64,000 nt of DNA from Phoronis australis (GCA_002633005.1 NMRA01000147.1:186001-250000), one strand, 5' to 3'. Shown: positions 14,701 through 27,419, counted from the first letter of the stretch. Program-made: numbers and translations. The notes: a model not told the origin generated them from the sequence alone.

Positions 14701-15446
14701 ATTGAAGCCTTAACTATCAATATCTCCCTATCATCGGTTGACCAGCAAAGCAGTGATACAATGATTAAAACCTATCAACTTCAAGTCTAGAATAATCTGA
14801 AAGCTTCCCTGTCCAAACAATGCCACAGCATTCACAACCTCCTTAAACTGGTAGATAATCAAGTGATATTTTCAACATCAGCTAGTTAACTTAACAGAAA
14901 TGAGAAATTTGCATTTTATTGTCGGGTCTGCATAGAAACATAATAAAAGTTGGCGCGTTAACGTGCGTGCCCTACTCGAAAGCGTGGTCTTGCGTACAGT
15001 AAGATCTTGGAAGCATTTGGTATGTAAGTAAATGACCTTACTCTGAACAGTAGCAATATGACCAAATCTGAAAAGTGACTGGACAGCCAATCAGAGTGCG
15101 TGATTAGGTACTAGAACAATCATTACTCTCCTGATTTATGACGGTTTTAGGACATGGTGTATATCACCAAAACATATCGCAAGCATGGAATACGGACATC
15201 AAATGTGTTTATATTCTTCAAATAACTTTCATGTACAGCATCACTACTAGAATTGAACAATGAAGTTGTGGATTTTAAACATAAAAGAAATTCTTTAAAA
15301 AATGTACAAGGGCAACCACAAAATATGAGACACATAAGGTAAATTTACATACCCTTTTCCTGAGTGAAATTATCAATGGCATTTAATATGTCTTCCTTGG
15401 TTAGAGAGGTCTTTAATTGGTCATCGTGATTTTTCGAGTTTGACAT
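574..15446 (-). CDS. TBC1D5: TBC1 domain family member 5 (Rab7 GAP, retromer/ATG8 binding); 12 coding exons in window, 3' part runs off the left edge
   Basis: Exons 15353-15446, 14103-14220, 13483-13591, 12880-12969, 11786-11857, 11201-11268, 8260-8362, 7096-7184, 5054-5104, 3652-3727, 1959-2134 and 574-716 all have GT/AG boundaries with matching phases and give one open frame (1189 nt). It contains the TBC R-finger IKQDVIRT, the Q-finger YKQGMHELLAP, and NNPLSQ, LEHDAY and IAPQIYGIRWVRLLFGRE, matching TBC1D5 as recalled. Confidence 0.96.
1959..2134 (-). CDS. TBC1D5: TBC1D5 exon PATTSIAHIQPFSR...YMHLERLDIAPQIYG
   Basis: cctag acceptor (alternative in-frame CAG at 2105-2107 possible), GTAAGT donor. 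Confidence 0.93.
3652..3727 (-). CDS. TBC1D5: TBC1D5 exon ALFCQVMDTVELWYVSKEFYPRKHQ
   Basis: ttgtag acceptor, CAG|GTGATT donor, phase 2-0. Confidence 0.92.
4170..4990 (-). mobile_element. Degraded Penelope-like retroelement fragments in a TBC1D5 intron
   Basis: 4645-4980 gives VKFTRSE..INKSAVIDHA..NHVINW..WIR and RKSGSFMNRDDGG/YKLSKIW, like the GIY-YIG endonuclease C-terminus. About 4330-4520 gives FLSCLV..VHKRTTFTDL..HRCQLV, resembling the PLE RT thumb. Stops and frameshifts are present. Confidence 0.7.
5054..5104 (-). CDS. TBC1D5: TBC1D5 exon TIIQEILNPDYLEHDAY
   Basis: ttccag acceptor, GTGAGT donor, phase 2-2. Confidence 0.95.
6414..6494. repeat. Local direct duplication (~35-bp unit, period 46)
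   Basis: ccagtcaaggttcatatgttg(a/g)atttgtaag(c/t)gct occurs twice. Confidence 0.85.
6684..7060. mobile_element. Tc1/pogo (Tigger-like) MITE
   Basis: Left TA|CAGTCAAATCACGTTACGATGAGCC; right end reverse complement CAGTCAAGCCTCATTACAATGAACC; right TSD degenerate. Confidence 0.7.
7096..7184 (-). CDS. TBC1D5: TBC1D5 exon GMHELLAPLIFILHCDHQAFLHALEMESV
   Basis: gctttag acceptor, GTGAGT donor; strong motif match. Confidence 0.96.
7603..7890. mobile_element. Small TIR element (MITE)
   Basis: CAGTGTTCTCCACAAC ... GTTGTGGAGACACCATTG inverted ends, with internal CGAGTT repeats. Confidence 0.5.
8260..8362 (-). CDS. TBC1D5: TBC1D5 exon FPELQFF...ILFCYARTNERLCYKQ (Gln finger)
   Basis: Canonical splice sites; YxQ motif. 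Confidence 0.96.
11201..11268 (-). CDS. TBC1D5: TBC1D5 exon SPWNQFFQDNELKVTIKQDVIRT (Arg finger)
   Basis: tttctag acceptor, GTAAGT donor; IxxDxxR motif. Confidence 0.96.
11594..11745. repeat. Imperfect (CAG/CAA)n microsatellite, intronic
   Basis: About 50 triplets seen directly. Confidence 0.97.
11786..11857 (-). CDS. TBC1D5: TBC1D5 exon VIVNPRHQDEDDLHLNNPLSQHDE
   Basis: catttcag acceptor, GAG|GTATTG donor, phase 0-0; conserved NNPLSQ. Confidence 0.95.
12880..12969 (-). CDS. TBC1D5: TBC1D5 exon LFLEVLPESVEEWVTYTNNSRKKYSEIKES
   Basis: tttttttag acceptor, GTAGGT donor, phase 0-0. Confidence 0.93.
13483..13591 (-). CDS. TBC1D5: TBC1D5 exon TEWENLF...LRSCRFRSIAWR (LIR-like WENL)
   Basis: Canonical splice sites; matches the TBC1D5 N-terminal TBC region. 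Confidence 0.95.
14103..14220 (-). CDS. TBC1D5: TBC1D5 exon (Ser/Thr-rich, ends ...SNSYC)
   Basis: tattttag acceptor, TG|GTGAGT donor, phase 1-2, joins to give SYCTEWENLF. Confidence 0.87.
15353..15446 (-). CDS. TBC1D5: TBC1D5 first coding exon (MSNSKNHDDQ...FTQEK); acceptor at 15466/7 implies an upstream non-coding exon
   Basis: ttatttgtag acceptor, ATG at 15446, donor G|GTATGT, phase 1 matches the next exon. Confidence 0.8.
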
Positions 15447-16603
15447 CGTTGCTAACAATCACAACCTACAAATAACAGAATACCTAATAGGTATAATTAA
15501 AGAACGCAAAGATTACTGATGATAGAGATAATGATGAGAGCGAAGATGAATATAATGACAACACAAAATGCTAAAAATGATTTAATTACCCGCGAATACC
15601 ACATTGCAATTAAAGACAATTATGACATCCGTGTGACTACCTATACGTTAACTAGCTAGAGGCACAAAGAACAGAAGGCAACCACACCACAGACACTAGC
15701 CATCTGATTTTGTGTGACACACTATTTATATTTTTGGTGGTAATACGAGTTGTTGAGTAACTAGAGGGTGGGAGCGTGGGGAAGATGGCACATGGGAATG
15801 GCAAAAAAATGGTAGCAAGGCGGGTATACATGAAGTTGGCTGATACCATTTAGGGAGGGGCAGCCCAAAAGTGACGATAGGGAGTTGTGGTGGGCACCGC
15901 TACCTTCCAATCTGGGTGACAATAATCCCAGCTGAGCCACTGGACAAAAGAATTGAAATGATACCGTTTTCTATTTTCTCAGTACTAAGAAACTGAATTA
16001 ACATGATTTGTAGGGCTGTAGTCACATAATGTCAAAACATGGTAAATGTCTATGGCACCTCAGCGAAAATAATGATAACACATAAAAAGACACTGAGGAA
16101 GACTGAGAACAGAGTATGATAAAAATGATCATGATTAATCCCTACTGTATGTAATATAAAGTGAAAACTCAGTCTGAGACGGGCAATGAACGCAAGCATT
16201 CATTTAACAAAGCAGGCTGATTGATGACAAGTAAACAAAATATCATTTCTAGGAAGCTCCCCCAGCGTAAATATTTCATATAATTAACTGCTGACAATTT
16301 ATTGTGTTAAGCATCTTATGTAGCTCTACTGTCAAAGCCCTTCATCATGGGGGATGAACATCGGCCTAGTTCCCCTATCAAAAATTCTTTAAAATCTTGT
16401 AAAATTACCTTAGTCAGGCACAAAAAAAATCCCTTCAAGTGATTAAGAAGTGCCCCTCAAGGTAGAAATCACTATCATGTAACTGATACAGGCGACTATT
16501 TGAAACAGCACACCATGTTAGTTTTGGCTACTGGAGGGAGAGCTGATAAGGGTTGATGATGGTGGGGGGGCTACTACTGGTGGAGGACAACAGTTACAAC
16601 CTA

Positions 16604-17798
16604 CTGTAAACGTTCGGGTTAACGCCCATGCTCAGTTAACCGCCCACCCCCTACTTAAGGTGGATTTTCGATTTAACCGCCTACTGCTCGGTTAACTGCA
16701 CATCGTCGATTTTTGAAGATTTCCAGATAAGCGTCCACCTCTCGGTTAAGCGCCCACAAACGCGCAATTCCCCGACTTTTAGATCGAAGATCATAACTAG
16801 AGTGCAACGATGGCCTCCAGGCCGGCAGTTTGGCACTGTGAATTATAATACAAAAAAGGAATTCTTGTCTCGGGTCATGGATTTACTTCAAAATATAATA
16901 CTTGAACGTTTTGTCACTTTATTTTCTTCCCATGTTTGCAAAGTTTAAGAACCTAGACAGCTTCAATGTCTCCGCTTTTAGCGACGCTTTCCGCCACGCT
17001 GAGTTTCTGTCTGCAGTGCACAAGATAGAACACATATTCGAAAAAAATCGGGCCAGAGAAATGTGACAGTGGTTTTGCCAACCCTTCCAATTCGCTTTTG
17101 GTAGGAAGCTCTCATATTTTGAAGAATTTCCATAACTCACGGAAAGATGTCAAATTCTTCCTATTTTGATGAGTGTAATTGCCAGGTTAGGAGGATGTGT
17201 AGCGACCAAACAGACAGTGTACCTAGCTGGCCGATTTGCTTTGTCTGTCGATTTCTGAATTCAAAGGTTGGCAATACGTTACTGGATGTTTGTGTATCAT
17301 CTTGAAGAAATAAAAAACCGCAAGTCAAGTTTTGTTTTTCGCTTATCAAGACAAGTTGGCGTTAGCAGATTCTGCCAAAGTCGCTCGCGGTTCTTTATAG
17401 TACAATTTCTTGCGACAGACGTAACTGTGAATTATCGTATACACCTAGCCAATTTTGTAGATTTAATTGTGATTGACTAATCTGTGGGCAACAGAACATT
17501 TCTTGGGATCGTCCGCTGTTACGACACTTTAAGCGACATTTGGCGACTTGACGATAAAGCTCTTTGAAAAGTTCTACGCGTTCCGAGTACGACTGTGTCG
17601 TGTGGTACTCTGATCATGAAGTAAGATTAACCGCCCGGGGCGGTTGTCTGTCGTAATAAGCGCCCATGTTCAGTTAACCGCCCACCCTGGATTTCTTGAA
17701 ATTTCACGTTTAAGCGCCCATGTCTAGTTAACCACCCAACCCCGATTTTTTGTGTTTGTCAATTTAACCGCCCAGGGCGTTAACCCGAACGATTACGG
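16604..17798. mobile_element. Non-autonomous Tc1/mariner-pogo element with TA TSD and subterminal TTAACCGCCCA repeats
   Basis: TA|CTGTAAACGTTCGGGTTAACGCCC ... GGGCGTTAACCCGAACGATTACGG|TA; many TTAA(C/G)CGCCCA motifs at both ends. Confidence 0.88.
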
Positions 17799-17990
17799 TA
17801 ATTCTGGATCTAGGTCACCGAAATGCCCAAAATCCATTTGCTGAAGACCCTTAGATTAGGGTGGACAGGTTCGAATCCTCCATGAGTGCTCAACATCATG
17901 AACAATAATGTGACAAACAATGAAAAACCTAATTCTAACGCATCTTATGACAACACTGATCAAAGTCCACAGCGTGGTCGGACCATTGTC

Positions 17991-18385
17991 AGGTTCAAAG
18001 GTTAATGGTTCAACTGATTACAGGACGTGTGATTTGTATCCACAGAACTGTAGTCCACTATTGTTCGTTAAGTGAAAACGGTCTCTTTTAAAGATGTGGT
18101 TTTAAATATCACCAGGGAGCAAATTGCATCTTGTGTTCATCGCATGGAAAGGTAACAGTAAAGTAAATCTTATGAATCATCCTACAACAAGTTCAAAGGT
18201 CAATCGTTCAACTGACTATGGGCGTTCATTTGTATCTATGGTGACCGTAGTCAACTGTCGTTTCTTATGTCAACATGGTCTCTTTTAAAGATGTGGTTAA
18301 CTTACCAGGTAGCTAATTAGCGCATCTCGTGTTCGTCATATGGAAAGGTAACAGTAAGGTACATCTTGAGAATCTATCCTACAAG
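17991..18385. repeat. Diverged tandem duplication, ~198-bp unit x2
   Basis: Shared blocks gttcaaagg..ttcaactga, ggtctcttttaaagatgtggtt and atggaaaggtaacagtaa in both units. Confidence 0.85.
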
Positions 18386-19714
18386 ACAGGAGTAGATAGG
18401 GAGTAGCCACTGAGTCAAGATTTTGTACCAGTTTAAGAAAAGAAACGAATTACGTCACCTTATGCCAATGACAAGCAAATCTCTTGACAAGTGCGACAAA
18501 CCCTCCCTCCCTGGCTTCTTTGAAAAAACATTTCATTTGGACCACTCATGGTTACGAAATCAGTTTCATCTTGTTCCTTATGCAGATTAGAAAATGATTG
18601 TGAGGCTTGAGAAGAAGAAGAGGTTGGCTATTACTATAGTCACGCCTCATTTTACAGTTGCTTGTCACCACGGTTTTGTTTTTGTCAACATAGACAGTAG
18701 GGTAATTTACACTACAAGACAAAAGTAATCGGACAAAATACCATTTCCCCAGCATGCAAAACTGACTAGTAATAGCATTAAAGTGGCAGAATTCTAATTA
18801 CAGAATGGCTTAGTCACTTTTTAGTCACGTCATTGACTTTCCAGTTCATTCCACTTCATTCTCAGTCATTAGAGAATGCCACTCTGATGGTGAATTCAGC
18901 TTCTGCCCAGCCGCCATGGAGTGGAATTCTGGGATAATCTGTCTGAATACTTTTGGTGTGTACTGTAGGTATTGCACTGAGCAATGAATGATAGCTCTTG
19001 TGCTTATTCCAGGCGACAAGCCACTGATCATGCAAGCTCTACAACAAACTTGCAATATGGCTTGGCAGTTACTCTGACAGAGTTGTCACAGAGACATTAA
19101 TAAAAGACGGATAATTTTCAATAATGTAAGCACACACCAATTCAAATACCAACACATACATACTTGAACTTTTTTGCCCTTTCAAGACCAGCAAACAAAA
19201 CAGCAAATCCACCAAGCCAATATATGACTTGATCATTGTATGAATCATGCCAATGAATATCTAAATTGAACTTGGCAAATTGATATTAATGTCTGTACTG
19301 ACCACTGTAACACTTGGGTAGACCAGTCAGCGAGGCTTCATTAATGCACTGAAATAAAGGGGAGACATAGTACAATCAATAATACAAGGCACTTGAAGTT
19401 TGACTAATTGACCAATAAGAACGGTCTTGAGAAACTGGTATATAGTAAGTTTTCAAGATAATAAATACCAAAATTGTAATTTTTCTAATTTCTTCGTAAG
19501 CTGGTTAATTTTACGGAAAGTTCACTAAAAATTGTTTTTATCATGCCTTATGCAATAAAAAGCAAGTTAAATTACTAATTGTGTTTAATAGTTATTTGTG
19601 TTGAGAAATTAGATGAAATGGAATTCCGCACAACCGTCATATTGTGTGCTAAATGAGTGTTTCAAAGAGCAATCATAGCCTGGGGGAGGGGTGGAACTCA
19701 TACGTGTTGACTAC

Positions 19715-19851
19715 GATAGCCACACACCTCTGCTCCCCCCAGGATAGCCACACACCTCAGTTGCCCCCAGGATAGCCACACACATCTGTTCCCCCCAGGA
19801 TAGCCACACACATCTGTTCTCCCCAGGATAGCCACACACATCTGTTCTCCC
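19715..19851. repeat. 28-bp minisatellite x5 (gatagccacacacMtctgttcYccccag)
   Basis: Units start at 19715, 19743, 19771, 19799 and 19827. Confidence 0.95.
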
Positions 19852-21584
19852 AACTAAAGAGAACCTTCCTACACCAATGAGAGGATACAAGCTAATGAGT
19901 TCTACTCAGACACACCATGGGCACATTCTGGGGATCAGGTCTCATACAAGTATTACAAAAAAAAAAAAAAAACAGCGAAGACACAGTGAGGAAGAAAACT
20001 AAATTTTTTGTTAAATTTCTCAACAAAAGTTACAGTAATTCTCCATTTAGTTCGCACAAAAATTAATTGCAACAAACAAAGGCTGATTACCTTTTTGCAC
20101 ATATTGAGACCAAATGTTGTCATAGGATGACATTTCCACATGGCAAACCATGTTCGTAATACATTTCAATGTTCTTAATCTTTACATTTGTGGAGAAATT
20201 TGACAAAATAGAATTTCACTTGTTGGCCATATTTTGTGCTAAATACGTGAAGGATTACTGGGACTTTACAGGAACCATAGCTTCACGGGGAAATTTTATT
20301 TGTTTGTAGGGCAATGATTTTGAGTATTTCTAACGATTTAGTAAGACTCTAAAAGAATGGTTTAATAAGTAAGCAATTGTTTTTGTCCCAAAATGAGTGA
20401 ATTTTTACAATACTTTACGAAAGTCAAATGACAAATTTTCCACCTAAGTAGACAGATCGCCAACTAAGTAGACAGATCTCAAACAAAGCCCACAACACAT
20501 TTGATGTAAAGGTTCTTTCTTTAAGACTACTAGTAGCTAAACTGTAGGCATGTCTATCACTCTCCAAGATATGTTACCACTGATTTAGGTGGGAAATAGA
20601 TGCCCAGCCAAACACAAGTTCAATCAGGGACAACTTGCCACACACAACAAAGGTGCCAGGAGTGTCAAGACACAAGTGTAAACAAGCTGTTATATCAACC
20701 CTGGCTGGTTCCATGCCAAAATGCTAGGTGACGACAAAGATACATGTTAAGATACTTAAGGTAAACTGAATTGTAACAATGGAGTGGCTTAGTGATAAAC
20801 ACCAACTTAAATCTCATTACGTGAGACAACTATATTTTCTGGAAAATGAAAAAATGAAAAAATTGCTATTACGGTAAATCTCACCAATTTAGGACACAAT
20901 ATGGCTGAAAAAAAGGGAAAGAGACGGTACTTGGTCCATGACGTTGACTCTAATCACACGGACACCTTCCATGTGACAAGTTGACTGAGCGCAACTAGCC
21001 CTCCCCCAAACAAGAGGAGCAATGTGTCAAACCAGAAATACAACCATGTAAGTTGCACCTAGTTTCACTTAATTGTTCACAATGTACCATGAAGACAATC
21101 ATCTTTTCAGTTAGGTGACATGAACTGGCCTGCTACTTGCAGGATGATGCACGACAGAATGTCTGTCAAAGGATCTGTTTGGCTGAATCTAAGAAAAGTG
21201 TTAGAAATTTCAAGTTTGGAAGACACAACAAATTTTGAAACAAATTTCAAGGGAGTAACTGTCTGACTTTGATACTCGCTGTGGCAACTTTGCGGCGACT
21301 TGAGATTTTCCCAGGATGCCAAACACAATTTGAGGTCGCGATGGCAACCTACAGGTCTGATAACTTACAATAACCATGATTTTAGTCGCTCTTGAAGCGG
21401 ATGCCCATTGTATTGTTGAATCATTGTTATACCTTCAAGTTCAAGTACTGTCAGAAACCATTGTTGCCTACATTTGCAGACTTTGCTTGGTGTTCTCTTG
21501 ATTGAGTAACACGATGTCATATGCCCTGGCGCGAGCAGTGTAAAATGACCAGTTGTCGATTTGGGCAAGTGAACGAAAGACTGT

Positions 21585-21710
21585 TCAAAAAAGTTTGATT
21601 GCGAGAGTATTTGTTCGAGCTAGGAAGAGCTAAAGACAGTAACGGCCTCCTTAGGTTCAAAAGGTTCTTATAGTAACATGACTGATGATTTGATCAGTGT
21701 AAGGTATGCG
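21585..21710 (+). repeat. Dispersed repeat, second copy at ~24725-24860
   Basis: caaaaa(a)gtttgat..cgagagtatttgttcgag.t..ggaaga...cctcct.agg..aaaggt..ttata shared between the two sites. Confidence 0.75.
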
Positions 21711-22499
21711 TACATGTCACAAGAAATTATTGGAATTGGTTTCCCTTCATTAATAAATTTTTTAGAATTTTGATGCCAACAAACTGAATTTCAGAAGAAG
21801 TTTTGCAGCTGCGAAGCTGTCACAATCTCCCGAGAGATGACACAAAAATTTAGGAAATGGCGCGTACCCATGTCACAAGCATACTGTTTTCAAAACGACG
21901 ATGTACTTTTCTTTGTTACAAAAGATGGAGACTTAGGCAAGAAATGACATTCATTAGATTGTTTTTCACTTAAATGGCTGCAACGGGCAAGGAGAGTGTC
22001 GGTGGACTCCAAGATTTTGCATGCACCCCAACCGGTCTTCAGGTCTGCATGTTGATACAAGTTATACAAGTTTTACGGCGAGATGATGAGCAGAACAGCC
22101 GGGGCTGTGTGCAATTTCGAGATCTGTCAGAGCTCAACATTCAGTGGTACCTAGCTGTATTTTGCTGATAGTCTTCAGCAGCTAGACAGTAACCTGACTA
22201 AAATATCAAAATCATGTTGGTATAAATACCTTATGTGCAAAGAGGAACATCTTATGAGGCTGTTGATGTCTTTAATTACTTCCAACTCGAACAATTAATC
22301 TGACTTGTTATCAAACTTTTTCTTCGAGCAGTCCCTCGTTCAGTTCCCAAAATTGGTAACTGGCCATTTTTGCACAGCACATGCCGCGTGCAACATAAAC
22401 AAGTCATTTAAACACAAAAGTACATGACTGTATGTGTTACGGGGTGTAGAGACATCTGTACCCGTCCAGTTCTTACAAGAGCAGAGAACACAGAGAAAA

Positions 22500-22790
22500 A
22501 AATCAACAGGTGTGGCAGAGTAACTAAAGGTAGTACACAGTCTCATTGCCGATGGCAATGAGTTCCATAGCAAAGTACCCTTATGGGAGATTGAGTTTCA
22601 CCGGCAAGTCATGGCATTAAAACGTTTTACACAGAGACAGTTTTCACCTCCAACATATCTAGACTCTCTAAATTCAAGCTTTCCTGACAAAGGGCAGGGT
22701 CCAATAACATGTACATTTTTGAATACTTCAACAGATAAACATTTCATTGGCCAACTAATTAGAGAGCAGCTCTTTGCATTATCTAAGAGT
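22500..22790 (-). mobile_element. CR1/L2-type LINE ORF2 3' relic
   Basis: Minus-strand translations LSVEVFKNVHVIGP and SISHKGTLLWNSLPSAMRLCTT match the typical CR1-group ORF2 C-terminus (..LWNSLP..IR..). Confidence 0.75.
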
Positions 22791-23225
22791 TGNGGGGTTC
22801 AATGATAACTATGTCAGAAATAATTTTAAATTTAGTTCACGTAAACATTGGGCCATACCCGGTCAAGTTCGCCCGAATGGTGCTTGATGATAGGATGGTG
22901 CAGACAATTAGAGGAGGCTTTATGTTATTCATTGGCATTGAACGTGCGTGGTGGCTACAAGACATTTAACTAAACGGGCAGCACACCATAGGGGGTTGGG
23001 AGTTATAGTACCCACATTTTTCCGTGCTACACCGCCCATGAACTACCGTATTTTCTTGCACTAAGAAAACCCCGACGAGCATGTTCATATTATTAGAGAA
23101 AAGTAGGTCTAGACCTAATAAAAACTTTGGTCAATGAAGAAAGTCTTCTCTTGTCAATCAGTGCCAATGGCACACAGCCTTGCAGGCATCATACAAGCAA
23201 CAAACTTGATGGAAAAGATTTCTAA

Positions 23226-24010
23226 GGTTACATGTCACTATTCCGAAGGTTCACTACTCGGAAAGTCTTCGCTACCTTCGAAAGTTCACTACTTCGAATG
23301 TCCACAATTCCGAAACCAGAACTTCGATAGTTCATTACTTTGATTGTCTGCTAAGGAGTAGGAACTGATATGAGAAAAGTACTGTATTTGTGCCCATTTA
23401 GCAACTATTTAAAGGGTGTACAAAAGTTGAATAGTTATCAAAACATTGATTACATTCATGAGCTTAATTCCAATCACTGCTAATCGTGAATCTTCAATCT
23501 AACTAACGACTCATTCAGTCTCAACCAGGGACAACATCGGGTCAGGACTTCAGCGACCAATAGCGGCGTGAAGACTGGCAGGGACAGGGTAGCCTACTAA
23601 CTAATTACTTTCGACCCGGCCATGCACGTGGCTCTGATGGGCGAGTTTGAGGGACAGTGGCTCTAAACTACTCAGTCACGCTGTGAAATGATGCAACCTT
23701 GACGTGGATTTGATGAATGTACCGTGGTTGATAATTCATCAATATTCCTACTTCATAATCTTTTAAAAATTCAAGTACGAACTCATTTTCCGCATTCAAA
23801 AGACATGCGAGCAATTTCGCATGCGCATGAAATCCGGGCGTTGTTTGAGTATACCTAGTGCATCTAATAACCGAAGTGTCGTTTCTTTTTGCAGGTAAAA
23901 CGGGATATCTGACACATCCAAGTCCAAAATTTTAGATCTTTGCGGGGTAGTAAACCTTCAGAATAGTGAACCTTCAGAGTAGTGAACCTTTTGGAATACT
24001 GGGCTGTTCC
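23226..24010. mobile_element. Foldback-like DNA element with inverted arrays of ~15-bp subterminal repeats
   Basis: Left (ttccgaaggttcactac)n at 23240-23340; right, in inverse, (gtagtgaaccttcagaa)n at 23947-24000; GG...CC termini. Confidence 0.75.
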
Positions 24011-26460
24011 CATTTCCAGCGATGTAAGCAAGTTAAGTAACACGCAAAATACAACCAGATCAAAATATTCAAGTCGATCATTCTCTGATTAAGTATTTCC
24101 GTCCAAGTATATAACGAGGTGTAACCACTCATTTAACCCTTATCCTGCGCTAGGCGAGGTCAGCCGACAAGCCTATTATCCTATGAAAATGCGTCGCATG
24201 TACTCAATCGCCTATAATTAGCTACGGCTAGGCTGCGCAAGGAGAGTGTACTCACTCCAGGACATTGGTGATTTTCATTCAGAAATTGTGAAAGCACGCT
24301 CCAATTTTTACCGCACTCGCAAGGTGATGTGACTTCATGACCTCAATCTTTAAATAGGCCAAAGGTGAGCCATTGCGGTCCAAATGTTCGTTTCCAAAAT
24401 ACCACCACTACTTGTCTTTAATTGGCGTTACTTGAAACTGATTTAATTTCAATGAATTATTGTTTGTATTTGTTAAAAATAAATGCTGTTGATATGACAT
24501 TTAATAGTCTTTGTGCACATATTTGACATTTTAATGTTTAACAACACGGCAAATGCACAGCTGGTTCCCGGCAGCACGTACGCAGAGGGCAGGGACTTCA
24601 GCTTTCAAAGTTCGCCAGTAGGACCGCAACTTCAAGTTCTGAAGAATGAGGTCATATCTCTTGGCGTGTGCCAAGTGAAAATGGTGAGTTCACGATTTTG
24701 GGAACTGAAATAGGGACTGCTCGAACAAAAAGTTTGATAACGAGAGTATTTGTTCGAGTTGGAAGAAATTAAACACATCGACAACCTCCTAAGGTGTTCT
24801 TCTATGCGCAAAAGGTATTTATAACAATGTGACTTTGATGTTTTAGTCGTTGCGAGGCATAATTCGCCGAAAAGTTTCCGGCGTATGGCGTGCCTATAGG
24901 AGCTGCAACGCCTCTGGTCGTGCCAACAGAGGCGATGGTCATTGCCTAGTTATGGGCATGTTGACTCACTGTCATTGAACACAATTTTTAAAGCACGGTG
25001 TTGTATCTTTCCATTTTCTTACTTTTCTGTATTCCACATCTATGCCAAACGAGGGGATAGTGATTAAAATAGGACGTGATAAATGCGTAATATAATTTAA
25101 GCTTACTGTTAGTGCCCAAAAAATTACGAAGACGGAACAAGGCATTTATTTGTTCAGAAGCTTTTTGGCAGATAACGGCAACGTGGTCATGGAATTTTAA
25201 CTGGCTGTCAACTTGGACACCCAGACCCAGCAGCTTAACTTAACACTCTTAACAGACTATTCACATTCACAAACACTGTGTGGCCCAACAAGTCGCCAAC
25301 GGAACGAAGATCTATAAATTGTTACAAAGGTCGTGCATTGACCATTATTTTACATACTGCAACACGATACCTGATCATTTTGCAGACATTCCGTGGAGAA
25401 AACGGTTTGCTAACATCAATAACAACTCGCCCACCGATCGGCCATTTCCTGGTCACATGATACCCTGTAGCGCTACCTGTGGTCAGTAACATGTTTGACG
25501 TCAACAAATGTGACTGGCCAAACTCGAGCGATGTACGTAATCCACTAGATCAACTTGCCTATAAATGCAGCCGCCGGTAATGAACAGGTAGTCTACATGA
25601 ACCATACACCTACGTTCAGTTGGGATTTGTTTGATGACAGTCATGCTAATACATGGACGGCGCTGCACTGAAATAGGTGGGTGGCTACTATGCCGTCCCC
25701 CCAGGCTCCTCACTGCGGGTAGTCGCGCCGCCCGTACTGGCGTAATATTTGCTTATTCATTTTGTTGAGAAATTTTAGTCCTAAATGAGAATTAAAAATC
25801 ACTGGAAGTTGTTCACAATATTGTTGTAAATCTATAACGTTAAAATATACGTCACTCTGGTCAGGCACATTGATCGCGTGGGGTCACTAGTTGGCGCCAC
25901 TCTGGCCCGGGCTGCAGTCATTGCGTCATTCACTGTAAGTGAACGCGATTCGCGTGAGCGAGTGCCGCGCGCCTGGCCGGAGTAGCATTAAATAACGATC
26001 GCGTAAAAATGACCCGTTTTTCATTTTTTCACTATCAAAAATTACTCCGGCCCGCGGTTCGGCACTTTCCTTAGAAAGTTACCCGGGTCTTAATGGCCCT
26101 ACTCAGTGAAATTTCTAGGGGGGCCAGGTCATCCCTTCCTTTCCGGCTGTGCATGGATCGGGATTGCCAGCTCTCACGCACGTACGCTGGTATTCCTGTC
26201 TCACCTTATCTGAACCCCCCCCCCTCCCCATATCTAGCACCAGGCATTTTTCGACGTTTTATAGTAGATNAAACCATTCCTTGCTCTACCGCCACCACTG
26301 GCGCGGGACCTGAATCCGATATACCGCGCGTCGCATTAATTATTCCGGTAAAGTCTGAAAACGCTGATGTTCTATAGGGAATGGAGTCGAAAGAACAGTG
26401 CACACCCGGACCTGACGGTATCGACCTGACTGTATGTGTTAGGAGCTTCTCGTGCCACTG

Positions 26461-26613
26461 CATGGGTGGCGCAGCCCTGAAAAAAGTGGGGGGCTATAGC
26501 CCTTCAGCCCTCGCTCCCTGCAGTGCACCGCCCATAGACCACGGGCGGCGCAGCACTGAAAAAAGTGGCGGCTTTAGCCACCCNCCCGAGCCCCCTATGG
26601 TGCGCCGCCCATG
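26461..26613. mobile_element. Two tandem ~75-bp GC-rich mini-MITEs (hAT-like) flanked by a 5-bp direct repeat CACTG
   Basis: cactg|CATGGGTGGCGC...GCGCCGCCCATG|cactg; the two internal units share gcagc.ctgaaaaaagtgg.ggct.tagcc. Confidence 0.7.
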
Positions 26614-27419
26614 CACTGTCGCGTTTGTACCGTCGATGGTAAAACTTACTGACATTATTACGTTGTGTCAGAATGAAACTCATTAATTGAAATATTTCGA
26701 CGTCGTGGTTGATCCGTTGGTTTCGGTTAGCGAAATTTACGACAATGCCCGGCAAGATGCGGGTTTTCGCTGTCACCGTCGTCTCAGAAAAGGGTTGAAT
26801 ATTTCTGATATCCATACGCTCATGGATTACTTCAGTCTTGACTAAATTTATGTAATTTTGAAAGGACTATAAAAACTTATAACTAACTTTTGACCGTGGC
26901 TCAGAAAATCTTCCCGGTTAATTTTAATTTAAAAAACCTGTGTTGTGTGTGGGAGCTTATATAATAAATTTTCACTGTTGGGAACTTTTTTACAATTTAT
27001 CTATTTTCAGTTGTGCAAATCGTTTTGCCTCGCAACTGATATTGTAAAGTCAATATCCCACACTTTCGTTAAGACAAGAAGCAATGCAATACATGTGTGA
27101 CAACGTGTAACACTCTGCAAAAGCAGTTAACGACCTTATCGATAAGTCTGTGCACTGAGCCAAATTTTTACAAAACCATAGAATTTAACAGTGAAAGCAA
27201 GCACATGGATCACGTGACCATGTCTTTTATTAAAATTCAGCTAAAAAGAACGGTACAATCAAACCAAACAATGGTGTAAATAACATTGCCATATTTCCTT
27301 TGACGTAACTGTACAAGATAAAATCCCAACAACGCTGTTAGAGCAGTTGGCTGAATTATAATTTTATTTTCGTTTCATATATCTTTGATTTAAAAAAAAT
27401 CATAGAATTCCTATTTTTG

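Noticed and set aside
19715-19851. 28-bp repeat array
   Set aside because: Contiguous tandem units without unique spacers; a minisatellite.
23800-23840. NRF1-like GCATGCGCATG motif as the TBC1D5 promoter
   Set aside because: It lies inside the foldback-like element at 23226-24010, with no independent support.
26093-26815. Overlapping 85-103 aa ORFs in the GC-rich region
   Set aside because: Most span N positions and MITE sequence, and none resembles a known protein.
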